In this document: piece by piece, positions 11,747 to 20,929 of the stretch | Layout: the number at the start of each line of letters is the position of its first letter | Position numbering within the stretch: position 1 is the first letter of the stretch | NCBI GenBank assembly: GCA_965208665.1 | Contig: CBDBPH010000001.1 | Location: forward strand, 1,098,717 to 1,162,716 | DNA from: Dehalococcoidia bacterium | GTDB taxonomy: Bacteria; Chloroflexota; Dehalococcoidia; Bin125 | Direction: 5' to 3' | DNA length: 64,000 nt | Made by a program: the position numbers and the translations under genes | The notes under the pieces: generated by a model | Databases searched by the model: none | The model's input: only the letters and a program-made list of their open reading frames with translations | What the model was told of the DNA's origin: nothing

Positions 11747-12761
11747 CGTTGCGGACTCGCAGATACGACTTCAACTCGCGGATCTCCTGCTCTAGTTCCT
11801 CAATCTGTCTCCGTCGCACCTGTTCTTGCAGGGCCACGAAGCGTTCCTGTTCTTGTGCGGTGAGCGCGGACACCCCCTCGATCCGGTCGCCCAGCGAGGC
11901 GACGGCACGCTCACGACGGGCATCACGGGCACGGAGCTGCTCGCCCATCCGCTCGACGTTGCCGATCCGCTCCTCCAGCGCCTCTGACCCCCGTTGCACA
12001 GACGACACGATCGCTCGGGACGCATCCAGCGCCTGCAACGATTCCTCGATCCGGCCGCGCAACGCGTCGACATTGTTCTTCAGGTCGTCCCATTGCTCGG
12101 CGGTCTCCTGCACGCGACGCAGGCTCTGATACGAGAGCTCCAACCGCTCCGTAACTCCGTGCAACTGACGCTCGAGCGCGTCAATCCGACCCTCCAACGC
12201 GCTGCTCTCTCCCGAGGCTCGGCGCAGTCCGTCGGCATTGGCTGAAATCCGCGCGCCGAGTGCGACCTGACTGTTTTCGATCTGCGACAGCCGATGCGTC
12301 AGTTCGCCTCCTTCGGTGTTGACCCGACGAATCGCCTCGTCGAAGACGCTCAGCCGCTCGCGTAGGTCGTTCAGCGACTTCTCGCTCGCCTGTAGTCGGC
12401 GCAGCGCATCGTTGGCCGTCTCTCGCTGAACATCGAGATCCTGGCGCACCTGTCGAATCGAGGTCTCCGCCAGTTCTCGGCTCTCGTCAAGTTCGCCGCC
12501 GAAGCGCCCAAGTCGCTCTCGCAGCGCTTGGACCTCTTCCAGTTGCCTCAGCGATGCCCCAACCTCGGTCGCCAACGTCAGGGCGCGGCCCTCGAGTTCT
12601 CGCAAGCGTTGATCGAGGCCGCTCAGCTCTCGTTCGTCGCGCACATGCGATTGCGCCAGCTCAGCGGTCTGACTGCGTAGGCCCGCGATCGATTCTTCGA
12701 TTCGCAGCCAGCGAGTGTCGGCTCCATCTACCGGATCAGTCGTCGTCACAGCCATCCTCAA
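11739..12761 (-). CDS. Hypothetical coiled-coil protein
   Basis: 340 aa. Almost entirely heptad-like L/E/R/Q-rich helix with no recognisable catalytic motif. Wedged between hom and thrC with overlapping boundaries. No competing gene on the opposite strand. Confidence 0.55.
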   Translation of the reverse strand: MRMAVTTTDPVDGADTRWLRIEESIAGLRSQTAELAQSHVRDERELSGLDQRLRELEGRALTLATEVGASLRQLEEVQALRERLGRFGGELDESRELAETSIRQVRQDLDVQRETANDALRRLQASEKSLNDLRERLSVFDEAIRRVNTEGGELTHRLSQIENSQVALGARISANADGLRRASGESSALEGRIDALERQLHGVTERLELSYQSLRRVQETAEQWDDLKNNVDALRGRIEESLQALDASRAIVSSVQRGSEALEERIGNVERMGEQLRARDARRERAVASLGDRIEGVSALTAQEQERFVALQEQVRRRQIEELEQEIRELKSYLRVRNDG

Positions 12762-14043
12762 TCCGAAGCCGCACGCCCAGCTCGATCACCGAGTCCGAGA
12801 GCTCCAACCCATCCAACACCCGTTGCAACGCCCCATCGCTGCAGCCGTGAGTCGTGACGATGAGGTCCGCCGACTGACTCCGCTCGGGATGCGGCGTCTG
12901 CAGCACGGAGGCGATGCTCACGCCCTCGGCCGCAAACACCGCTCCCAATTCTGCCAGCACGCCTGCACGATCGGGAACTTCCAATCGCAGATATGTCCGC
13001 ACCCAGAGGTCTGATAGTGGAACGAACTGCGGCGAAGGATCTATTGGCCGCAGCCGTCGAGGCGCCTGTTCCGAGGCGAGCCGGCTGCCGACGTCGAGAA
13101 TGTCTGCCACTACGGCGCTTGACGTCGCGCCGGCGCCGGCACCAGGACCCTCGAGCACCACCGAACCGATCAGGTCTCCCGAGACCGACACCGCATTGAG
13201 CACGCCTTCGACCGCGGCCATCGGATCGGAGACCGGCACCAGCGTGGGATGGACACGGAGATCGAGTCCGTCCGCAGTCTGCCGAGCCGTGGCCAGCATG
13301 CGGATGGCGTAGCCCAGGTCGCGGGCGTGGACGAAGTCGCGCGCCTCGAGTGAGCGGATGCCCTCGCAATGCACGTCGTCCGGTCCCACTTGCGAGTGAA
13401 ACGCAAGCGAGGCCAGGATCGCCAGCTTGTAGGCCGCGTCGATGCCGTCCACATCATTGGTCGGGTCGGACTCGGCGTAGCCCAGGCGCTGCGCCTCGGA
13501 CAAGGCCTCTGCATAGCCTTTGCCCTCCTGCGACATCTCGGTGATCATGTAGTTGGTCGTGCCGTTGATGATCGCTCTCACCGACGACACATCATTGGCC
13601 TGCAGATCTCGTTGCAGCACACCGATGATCGGGATACCGCCACCGACGCTCGCCTCATAGCGGAGTTCGGCTCCGCGCTCTTCCGCCAGCGCCAACAGCG
13701 CCGGGCCCCGTTTCGCCATCACTTCCTTGTTGGCGGTCACTACCGACTTGCCGGCCGATAGCGCCGCCTCGATACAGTCCGCCGCGGGCGTCTCACCGCC
13801 CATTAGTTCCACCACGACATCGACGTCATCATTTCCCACGACAGCGAACGGATCATCGGACAGCGAGAGCCCCCCAGCCGCCAGATCGGCGCGCGCGGCC
13901 ACGTTGCGAACTGCGGCCGCACGGACTTCCAACCTACGCCCGCAGCGCGCCTCGTACGCCCGGGCATTGCCCTGCAGGGCCTCGAGCACGCCGTGTCCGA
14001 CGACCCCAAGTCCGAGCAATCCAATCCCCAACGACTTCGGCAT
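12736..14043 (-). CDS. hom: Homoserine dehydrogenase
   Basis: 435 aa. N-terminal NAD-binding GLLGLGVVG, a central homoserine-DH domain and a C-terminal ACT domain. Confidence 0.93.
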   Translation of the reverse strand: MPKSLGIGLLGLGVVGHGVLEALQGNARAYEARCGRRLEVRAAAVRNVAARADLAAGGLSLSDDPFAVVGNDDVDVVVELMGGETPAADCIEAALSAGKSVVTANKEVMAKRGPALLALAEERGAELRYEASVGGGIPIIGVLQRDLQANDVSSVRAIINGTTNYMITEMSQEGKGYAEALSEAQRLGYAESDPTNDVDGIDAAYKLAILASLAFHSQVGPDDVHCEGIRSLEARDFVHARDLGYAIRMLATARQTADGLDLRVHPTLVPVSDPMAAVEGVLNAVSVSGDLIGSVVLEGPGAGAGATSSAVVADILDVGSRLASEQAPRRLRPIDPSPQFVPLSDLWVRTYLRLEVPDRAGVLAELGAVFAAEGVSIASVLQTPHPERSQSADLIVTTHGCSDGALQRVLDGLELSDSVIELGVRLRIEDGCDDD

Positions 14044-14744
14044 CAGGCGTCGGACTCCTCACTGGCAGGAGCGGGTTCGTCGACCGACGCCGCCGCATCG
14101 GTCGGAGCGGGCTCCTCCTGAACAGCTTCGACCTGCGGGGCAGCTTCGACCTGCGGTTCAACATCGACCTGCGGTGCGGCTTCGGCCTGCGCTTCAACCT
14201 CGGCCTGCGCTTCAACCTCGGCCTGCGGCGCAGCCTCTGCCTGTGGCGCAGCGTCGACCTGCGTGGCTGCCTCGGCCTGCGGTGCGACGTCGTCAGGCGG
14301 AGCAGCCGCCTCGGCGCCGCCCTCGGCCGGAGCCTCCGGCGGAGCGTCATCGAGTTCCGCCCGCATCGCCCGCTGAGCCATCCTCGTCACCATGCGGAAG
14401 CGTGATGTCTGGCGCATGTGCTCAGCCGTGTAGGGCAGAAGCGCCACTTGACGCGCCCGCTTGATCTCTCGCGCGACCTTGCGCTGGTCCTTGGCCGTTA
14501 GGCCCGTCTTGCGCCGAGGCTCAATCCGACCGCGGTCCGAAATCAGCTTCTTCAGGCGGTCGACATCCTTGTAGTCGATTGTGGCGACCTCCTGTGGCGT
14601 AAAGATCGGCGCGCGGCGACGACGCCCACGACGTCGCGTGCGTTCGATCATCTGCGGCAGGCGCTCGCTCGACTCCGGCGCCGGCGTAATCCGCGGCGCG
14701 GGTTCCGGCGCCGGCTCAATAATCGGTTCGGATTCAGTCGTCAT
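14043..14744 (-). CDS. rpsR: 30S ribosomal protein S18 with N- and long acidic, repeat-containing C-terminal extensions
   Basis: The core [61 protein letters not shown] is S18. Start set at MTTESEP (ATG at 14744, GGAG 9 nt upstream). About 120 aa of A/E/Q/P-rich tail follow, encoded by 18-bp tandem repeats. Confidence 0.88.
   Translation of the reverse strand: MTTESEPIIEPAPEPAPRITPAPESSERLPQMIERTRRRGRRRRAPIFTPQEVATIDYKDVDRLKKLISDRGRIEPRRKTGLTAKDQRKVAREIKRARQVALLPYTAEHMRQTSRFRMVTRMAQRAMRAELDDAPPEAPAEGGAEAAAPPDDVAPQAEAATQVDAAPQAEAAPQAEVEAQAEVEAQAEAAPQVDVEPQVEAAPQVEAVQEEPAPTDAAASVDEPAPASEESDA
14124..14285 (-). repeat. About 9 tandem copies of an 18-bp unit (consensus about CAGCTTCGACCTGCGGNN on the plus strand) inside the rpsR 3' region
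   Basis: Direct reading: cagcttcgacctgcgggg / cagcttcgacctgcggtt / caacatcgacctgcggtg / cggcttcggcctgcgctt / caacctcggcctgcgctt ... These encode (A/V)(A/E)PQ(A/V)(E/D) hexapeptide repeats. Confidence 0.85.
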
Positions 14745-14801
14745 CAAACAATCTCCAGGATGTTGTTCGTCACATGCCAACCGGGCGCGCGACGCGTCTG
14801 G

Positions 14802-15236
14802 CTACTCGAACGGCAGATCCCCTGCATCGGGGCCGCCGCCAGGATCACTTGGCCCGTCGTCCCAACTGCCTCCGCCTCCGTCGAAGTCGCCGCCACCACC
14901 GCCACCGCGACCGCCGAGGAACTGAATGTCGTTCGCAACGACTTCAGTGGTGTATCGGTTGTTGCCTTCGCGATCCTGCCACTGCCGTGTCTGCAATCGA
15001 CCTTCGACATACACTGGACGACCCTTGCTGAGGTACTGACCCACCAGTTCGGCCAGACGCTGCCAGGCGACAATGGAGACCCATTCAGTCACTTCCTGCC
15101 GCTGACCGTCTCGGTCCGTATAGGACCGGCTGCATGCAATCCGGAAGTTTGCGACCGCAGCACCGTTCGCCGTGAATCTCAACTCAGGATCGGCACCCAG
15201 ATTGCCGATCAACATCACCTTGTTCAGTCCTGCCAT
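14802..15236 (-). CDS. ssb: Single-stranded DNA-binding protein
   Basis: 144 aa with an OB-fold N-terminus ([21 protein letters not shown]), a Gly-rich linker and an acidic C-terminal tip DLPFE. Confidence 0.95.
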   Translation of the reverse strand: MAGLNKVMLIGNLGADPELRFTANGAAVANFRIACSRSYTDRDGQRQEVTEWVSIVAWQRLAELVGQYLSKGRPVYVEGRLQTRQWQDREGNNRYTTEVVANDIQFLGGRGGGGGGDFDGGGGSWDDGPSDPGGGPDAGDLPFE

Positions 15237-15268
15237 GAGTTCGCTCCCCGACGTTAAGTCTCCGCAGG

Positions 15269-15577
15269 TTAGTGGTCGCGACGCACAATCAGATGGCGCA
15301 GCACCTGCTCGTCAATCAGCAACGACTGCTCCAGGTCATCGCGACGCGCCTCGGTATCGCCCTCGAAGTGGGCAATCAGATAGTGCCCCTCGTACGACTG
15401 CTTGATCGGATAGGCCAGCCGACGCCGACCCCAGTCGATCACTTCCGTCACGTCGTTACCGTGCTCAGTCAGCGTGCCGCGCAGGTGCGCCATTCGCTCC
15501 TCCACCTGTTCACCCACGATGTCCGGGTGCAGCACCACCATGATCTCGTATTCCGTACCCACGTATCGCTCCTCCAT
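15269..15577 (-). CDS. rpsF: 30S ribosomal protein S6
   Basis: 102 aa. [10 protein letters not shown] matches the S6 N-terminal motif. Conserved rpsF-ssb-rpsR order. Confidence 0.9.
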   Translation of the reverse strand: MEERYVGTEYEIMVVLHPDIVGEQVEERMAHLRGTLTEHGNDVTEVIDWGRRRLAYPIKQSYEGHYLIAHFEGDTEARRDDLEQSLLIDEQVLRHLIVRRDH

Positions 15578-15603
15578 TTGCGCCGACTCGCCGTCGGCTG
15601 GAA

Positions 15604-16875
15604 CTAGGTCGTCACGCTCTGGATGCCGGGAATCGGGAAGCCCGACGCCAGCTCCTGCACCTCCGCGCGGACGCGGGCGTGCTCAGTTTCGTTGTCGATG
15701 TGATCGAGCACCCGACCGATCAGGCTTGCGACTCGGGACATCTCATCCTCGCACATCCCCCGAGTCGTCAGGGCCGGCGTACCGATGCGAATGCCCGAAG
15801 TCACGGTCGGACGACGGGTGTCGTAGGGGATCGTGTTCTTGTTCACCGTGATCCCGGCTGAGTCCAGCGCTGTCTCGGCCGCCTTGCCGGTCAGGCCCTT
15901 GCTGCCCACGTCAAGCAGCACCAGGTGATTGTCCGTGCCGCCGGAGACGAGCCGCCAGCCCTCAGATTGCAGCCCCGCTGCCAGCGCCCGGGCGTTGGAC
16001 ACGATCTGCGCTGCGTACGCTGCGAACTCGGGCCTCGCCGCCTCTTTCAGTGCGACCGCTTTGGCCGCGATCGTGTGCATGTGCGGCCCCCCCGAGGTCC
16101 CCGGGAAGATCGCCCGATCGATCGGTCGCGCCATTTCGTCGTTTGTCAGGATCAACGCCGACCGCGGACCGCGCAACGTCTTGTGCGTCGTCGTGGTGAT
16201 CACCGGCGCATACGGAACCGGCGATGGATGTACACCGCCTGCGACCAGCCCGGCCACGTGAGCCATGTCGACGACCAGCACCGCCTCGACCGACTCTGCG
16301 ATCTCGGCCGCGCGAGCGAAATCGTAGACCCGCGGATAGGCGGTCGCGCCAACCACGATCACCTTCGGCCGATGCTCCTGTGCCTGCGCCGCCATTGCGT
16401 CGTAGTCGATCCGCTCGCTCTCCTGGTCGACGCCGTAGGAAACGAACTCGAACCAGCGACCGGAGATGTTCACCGGCAGACCGTGGGTCAGGTGGCCGCC
16501 GTGATTGAGTTCCAGACCCATCGCCGTGTCGCCAGGCGACAGCAACGCGAAGTACGCGGCAATGTTCGCCTGCGTCCCGGAATGCGCCTGCACGTTTGCG
16601 TGGTCCGCGCCGAACAGCGACTTCGCCCGCTCGATCGCGAGCTCCTCCACGATGTCGACGAACTCGCAGCCGCCGTAGTAGCGCTTGCCCGGGTAACCCT
16701 CGGCGTACTTGTTGGTCAGTACCGAGCCCATCGCGGCCAGTACGGGCTCCGACGGGTAGTTCTCGGACGCAATCAGCTCGAGACCGTCCTGCTGTCTGCC
16801 TGCCTCGCGCTCGATTGCGGAAGCGATCTCCGCATCCACAGAGTCCAGGGCAGCCCCGGCCAACGTCAACGCCAT
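15604..16875 (-). CDS. glyA: Serine hydroxymethyltransferase
   Basis: 423 aa with [21 protein letters not shown] and [11 protein letters not shown] (PLP-lysine) motifs. Confidence 0.95.
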   Translation of the reverse strand: MALTLAGAALDSVDAEIASAIEREAGRQQDGLELIASENYPSEPVLAAMGSVLTNKYAEGYPGKRYYGGCEFVDIVEELAIERAKSLFGADHANVQAHSGTQANIAAYFALLSPGDTAMGLELNHGGHLTHGLPVNISGRWFEFVSYGVDQESERIDYDAMAAQAQEHRPKVIVVGATAYPRVYDFARAAEIAESVEAVLVVDMAHVAGLVAGGVHPSPVPYAPVITTTTHKTLRGPRSALILTNDEMARPIDRAIFPGTSGGPHMHTIAAKAVALKEAARPEFAAYAAQIVSNARALAAGLQSEGWRLVSGGTDNHLVLLDVGSKGLTGKAAETALDSAGITVNKNTIPYDTRRPTVTSGIRIGTPALTTRGMCEDEMSRVASLIGRVLDHIDNETEHARVRAEVQELASGFPIPGIQSVTT

Positions 16876-16990
16876 CTCACACCCATTCGCGTTCTGGAGA
16901 CCCGAGCAAATCGGGCCGCCGCCAGGTCAGACGCCCGGCAGCACACGAACCACAGTCGATCTCAGCTTACACGCGGTCAAGAAATCGAAG

Positions 16991-18097
16991 TCAACCAGAC
17001 AACTCTCGCTCCAGCTCCAGGCGCGACCAGGCGGCATCGATCCCGGCCAACACGCCGCCGCTGACCAGCGAATGACCGCCCATCATCACGGCCGAGTCCT
17101 GGAGCATCGAGACCAATCCGCGCAACCGTTCATCCGTGATCACGTCCCAGCGGCCGAGGTCCGCCCAGAATCGGTCGCAACGTGAGACATCCCAACCGAG
17201 ATGAGAGAGAAACGGGCGGGTGTCCCAGAGGGTCGCATCGCCCAGGCCGTCAAGCGCCAACAAGAACCCGTCCTGCCCGGCCCACTCATACAGCTCACCC
17301 AGCAGGGACCGAGCGCGACGCTGACGCGATCGTAGCCCGCGCTCCTCCGACAACACCCTGACCCGACAGGACGTGTCGCGATCTACTGCCGCCCAGTCCG
17401 AGCCGCTCACTCGTCCGGCGATCATGAGCTCGGCATCTTGCCGCGTCATGACGTCGAAGACCGTGAACGCCAACTGGACCGGCTCATCCAACTCAGGCTG
17501 ACGCGCGAGTGCGGCGCTTGTCGCTTGGCCGATCTCCAGCGATCCCACACTCGCAGCAGCCTTCAACACCGTTACGTCTGCCGGTGTGTCGATGTCCAGT
17601 ACGGAACGCGCCGACCGCTCATACGACACGACTGGTACATCACTGCCATCCCTGATCAGCAACGCGAATCGGTTGTCAACCGATTCGCCGGCCACGCAAC
17701 TCAGCAAGCGGCCAGCGGGCACCCCGATCCAGTCGCAGGAGAACATTCGGTTGGCCGTCGCCACGCCTGACTCGATCGCCTCACGCACCGACGACCAATC
17801 ATCTACGGTCATCGCCGGCATGCCGGAACCGGCGTAGCAGACCGGCCCACTCACATCGGCGGACGCCGCTGTCACGATGTCGCCGATCAGTTGCTCCTCA
17901 GTGGTTTCCTGGACAGACAGGTCGCCAATGGATTCGGTCGAAAACACCCGCACTCGATCGAATCCCGCCGCCTGCGCGCGCTCCGCCGTGTCTCGGAGCA
18001 CTGCGGCGCGCACCTCGTCGACCATCCGAACCGGAACGCAGTCATCACCAAATGGCCGATAGCAAAGCCAGAACTCTGAATTGCGACTGCCCGACAT
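16991..18097 (-). CDS. Hypothetical protein (possible MobA-like nucleotidyltransferase-fold N-domain)
   Basis: 369 aa from MSGSRNSEFW (ATG at 18097). Contains VLDIDTPADV, which resembles the DIDTPEDL motif of MobA/CofC-like NTP transferases, with no further recognisable signature. The upstream 41 codons of the track ORF overlap comF and were trimmed. Confidence 0.45.
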   Translation of the reverse strand: MSGSRNSEFWLCYRPFGDDCVPVRMVDEVRAAVLRDTAERAQAAGFDRVRVFSTESIGDLSVQETTEEQLIGDIVTAASADVSGPVCYAGSGMPAMTVDDWSSVREAIESGVATANRMFSCDWIGVPAGRLLSCVAGESVDNRFALLIRDGSDVPVVSYERSARSVLDIDTPADVTVLKAAASVGSLEIGQATSAALARQPELDEPVQLAFTVFDVMTRQDAELMIAGRVSGSDWAAVDRDTSCRVRVLSEERGLRSRQRRARSLLGELYEWAGQDGFLLALDGLGDATLWDTRPFLSHLGWDVSRCDRFWADLGRWDVITDERLRGLVSMLQDSAVMMGGHSLVSGGVLAGIDAAWSRLELERELSG

Positions 18098-18098
18098 C

Positions 18099-18812
18099 TC
18101 AGTCTGCCCGAGCCGCCGTCCAGGCATCGACGGCCCTCGCTCCGGCGGCGAGCAGCGTCCGAGCCGCCTCTGAAAGCGTCGAAGTCGTCGTCGACACATC
18201 GTCCACCAGCAGCACTCCACGACCCTTCACGAGCGATTCCTCGGCGGCGAAGGCGTTGGTCACGATGCTCCGCCGATCGACGCGCGACTTGGCCTGCGCC
18301 TGTCTCGGACCCCACCAGCCTCGACGACGCAGCGCCCGTGTCTCCAGCCTCATCCGTGTCCGTTCCGCCACGACCCGCGCCAGGTGCTCCGCCTGATTGC
18401 CGCCGCGTCGGCGCTTGCGCAACAGCGGGATCGGAATCGGAACGATCATCTCGATGTCGCGGGCTGGCTCGATCTTTCCACTTGTTTCGACCAACAGCCG
18501 CGCCAGATCCTTGACGCCGCGATGCTTCAGCGCCAGCACGGCCGCGCGCGCCGGTCCGTCGTACACGAATCCGGAGCGCAACTCGCGCAGGGGTAATGGC
18601 CTGGACAGGCAGTTTCGGCAGACCGGCGACTCCGAGGTCAGCCAGCAGTGGCGGCAACGCTTGCCGTCGGCACGCTGCATGAGTGCGCGACACGGGCCGC
18701 AAATCAGGTCGCCGGCCGCTCCACACGACGCACAGTGTGGGGGCAAGGCGACATCGATCAGGGCCTGCAGGGCGCCCAGCGCGAGACCGACCGGCCGATA
18801 GACTGGATCCAT
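18099..18812 (-). CDS. comF: ComF-family phosphoribosyltransferase (ComFC-like)
   Basis: Start trimmed to MDPVYRP (ATG at 18812). N-terminal Zn-ribbon CxxC...CxxC (PPHCASCGAAG...CGPC; CRHCW...CRNC) followed by a PRTase domain (VLLVDDVSTTTSTL). The upstream 123 codons of the track ORF are S/R-rich and rejected. Confidence 0.8.
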   Translation of the reverse strand: MDPVYRPVGLALGALQALIDVALPPHCASCGAAGDLICGPCRALMQRADGKRCRHCWLTSESPVCRNCLSRPLPLRELRSGFVYDGPARAAVLALKHRGVKDLARLLVETSGKIEPARDIEMIVPIPIPLLRKRRRGGNQAEHLARVVAERTRMRLETRALRRRGWWGPRQAQAKSRVDRRSIVTNAFAAEESLVKGRGVLLVDDVSTTTSTLSEAARTLLAAGARAVDAWTAARAD

Positions 18813-19515
18813 GCGCCTCACCGTACAACTCTTCGCCAACCTCGCCGAGACCTGTGGAGCGCGCCAGATCGAACTCTGCGACCTGCCACAGCCGCTGACC
18901 GCGTCGCTGGTCATGGACGCGTTCGTCGACCGATTCCCGCACGTCGACGGGATGCGCGATTCGATCATGTTCGCGGTCAACGCCGAGTACGTCTCAGCCG
19001 ACCATCCAATCACCTCCTGCGACGAAGTCGCTCTGATCCCGCCGGTGAGCGGAGGTTCGAATAGCGACGCGCTGTTCAAGATCACGCGCGACGAGCTCGA
19101 CCCGACGGAACTGCACGACCTCGTCCTCTCGCCCGAGGCTGGGGCCGTCTCGCTCTTTTTCGGGGTCGTCCGCAACAACAATCTCGGCCGCGATGTCGAT
19201 TTCCTCGAGTACGACGCCTACCCGGCGATGGCCACCAAGGTCATGCGTCAGATTGCCGACGAGATCCGGGAACGCTGGGATGTGCTCGACATCGCCATGC
19301 ACCACCGCATTGGACGTCTGGAGATCGGCGAGGCTTCGGTCGCCGTTGCGGTTGCCTCAGCCCATCGAGGCGAGGGGATCGAGGCTTGCCACTACGGCAT
19401 CGACCGGCTCAAGGCCATCGTTCCAATCTGGAAGAAAGAGGTCTGGGCCGACGGCGAGGAATGGATCGAAGGCTCGCTCACCCCCTCCGCCGAGGTCGAC
19501 GCCGGGACTGAGTGA
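18811..19515 (+). CDS. Fused MoaD-MoaE molybdopterin synthase (MoaX-like)
   Basis: The N-terminal ~80 aa are a MoaD-like ubiquitin-fold (MRLTVQLFANLAE...ALIPPVSGG) ending in the GlyGly motif. The sequence continues in-frame into the MoaE domain (LFFGVVRNNNLGRDVDFLEYDAYPAMA...HRIGRLEIGEASVAVAVASAHRGEG...IVPIWKKE). Confidence 0.85.
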   Translation: MRLTVQLFANLAETCGARQIELCDLPQPLTASLVMDAFVDRFPHVDGMRDSIMFAVNAEYVSADHPITSCDEVALIPPVSGGSNSDALFKITRDELDPTELHDLVLSPEAGAVSLFFGVVRNNNLGRDVDFLEYDAYPAMATKVMRQIADEIRERWDVLDIAMHHRIGRLEIGEASVAVAVASAHRGEGIEACHYGIDRLKAIVPIWKKEVWADGEEWIEGSLTPSAEVDAGTE

Positions 19516-20929
19516 TTATCACCGCCTGCTGATCGGTCCGATAGTCTTTCGCCTTGATGTGATGGACCACACCCCGCTGGCTGTCGAGCAGCCGCGATGC
19601 CAGTCGTGGGTCGAGGCTCTCGGGCGGCACGTTGGTCGTAATCAACGTCGGCGACCGCCGGAGGTAGCGGGACGCGCAGAGTTGGTAGAGCTTCTCGCTC
19701 GCCCACTCAGTCGGCTGATGAGCACCCAAGTCGTCGAGAACCAAGAGGTCCACGTCCTTGAGTCGGGCGAACATTGACTCAAACGACGCTTCGCCCTCGT
19801 CCCGGTACGAAGCCCGCAAGGCATCAAGCAGCTCGGGAACCACAGCAAAACAGACGCTGTTACCGGCGGCGAGCCGATCGTTCGCTGCCGCCGCTGCCAG
19901 ATGAGTCTTGCCAACACCAGTGCCTCCGATCAATGTCAACCAGCCGCCGGGTTCTTCCGTCCAGTCCATCACCGCCCGCTTCGACACCGCTAGATTCTCT
20001 GCGTCACCGCGGCCGCCCAGCCCTTGCTCGCGGAATCCGTCGAACGAGTATTGCGACAACACCTCCTCGGTCATCCCGCCGAACTCGCGATACCGCCCGC
20101 CAGCCTGCGCCGGTCCCAGCTCGAGTCGCAGCAGCTCCAGCGTCAAGAACGACTGCAGTCCAATCGCAGAAAGATCCGCCGCCTCCGCGACCAACACCGT
20201 CCGCAAACCGCTGTTTCTCCGGTGATTGAGCAGTTGGAACAGCTTCTCTCGAGCCCAGTCGGTCGGGGAGATGCAGTCGAGATCGTCCAGGATCAGGAAT
20301 GCCGCGTCGCGCACGTGCTCAAACAGGAGCGCGTACGAGAGGTCGCCGCCGCTGGGCGCATTCATCGCCGCCCGCAATCGATCCAGAAGGTCGGCCGCGA
20401 CGAAGTACAGCGCGGGTCGGCCGGCCGCGATCCGCCGATTCGCCATTTCCGCCGACAGACGCGTGCGTCCCGAGCCCGCAACGCCGGTCAGCAGCAGCCA
20501 GCCCGGTTCGTCGTCGCTGTCGGCGAAGTCGCATGCCGATGCTGCCGGTTCCTGCGATGCCTCTTCGTCGCTCAGCCGAGCATCCGACAATGGTCCCAGA
20601 TTACTCAGCCGCTGCAGCCGCGCCGCGGTGAGCGCTTCTTCCTCCGCTCGCCGACATTCGCACGGCTGAACCCGGCCGAAGTCCGGATCGCCAACCGGTC
20701 GTGAGACGCGGACGTAGCCGGCCCCACCGCAGATTTCGCAGCGCGGTTCACCGTCCGGCGTCCAGAGCGAATCGTCGCGCTCCGGCGCGTCCGTATCACT
20801 CCCGGAAGAGGTGTCGGTAGCGCGACGATTCCAGCCCGCCAGCAGCGGACCGAGCCGTTGCATCTCCGCCATCGCGACCCTCCTTGTCTCGACCCGAAGC
20901 GTCCCAGCGCTCGAGGATGGCCTGGACAT
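19478..20929 (-). CDS. DnaC/DnaI/IstB-like AAA+ helicase-loader protein with N-terminal zinc ribbon and internally duplicated ATPase module
   Basis: Zn-ribbon CEICGG...CEC. Module 1 has GVAGSGRT (Walker A Lys replaced by Arg) and LILDDLD. Module 2 has GGTGVGKTHLA, LLVLDDLG and a TLITTN sensor region. The true start is probably downstream of 20929 (for example VAMAEM) because of overlap with the upstream gene. Confidence 0.75.
   Translation of the reverse strand: MSRPSSSAGTLRVETRRVAMAEMQRLGPLLAGWNRRATDTSSGSDTDAPERDDSLWTPDGEPRCEICGGAGYVRVSRPVGDPDFGRVQPCECRRAEEEALTAARLQRLSNLGPLSDARLSDEEASQEPAASACDFADSDDEPGWLLLTGVAGSGRTRLSAEMANRRIAAGRPALYFVAADLLDRLRAAMNAPSGGDLSYALLFEHVRDAAFLILDDLDCISPTDWAREKLFQLLNHRRNSGLRTVLVAEAADLSAIGLQSFLTLELLRLELGPAQAGGRYREFGGMTEEVLSQYSFDGFREQGLGGRGDAENLAVSKRAVMDWTEEPGGWLTLIGGTGVGKTHLAAAAANDRLAAGNSVCFAVVPELLDALRASYRDEGEASFESMFARLKDVDLLVLDDLGAHQPTEWASEKLYQLCASRYLRRSPTLITTNVPPESLDPRLASRLLDSQRGVVHHIKAKDYRTDQQAVIITQSRRRPRRRG

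Noticed and set aside
17887-18942. 351-aa minus-strand ORF
   Set aside because: It overlaps the comF-family gene and the hypothetical gene in a different frame. It has extreme R/G/A bias and no domain.
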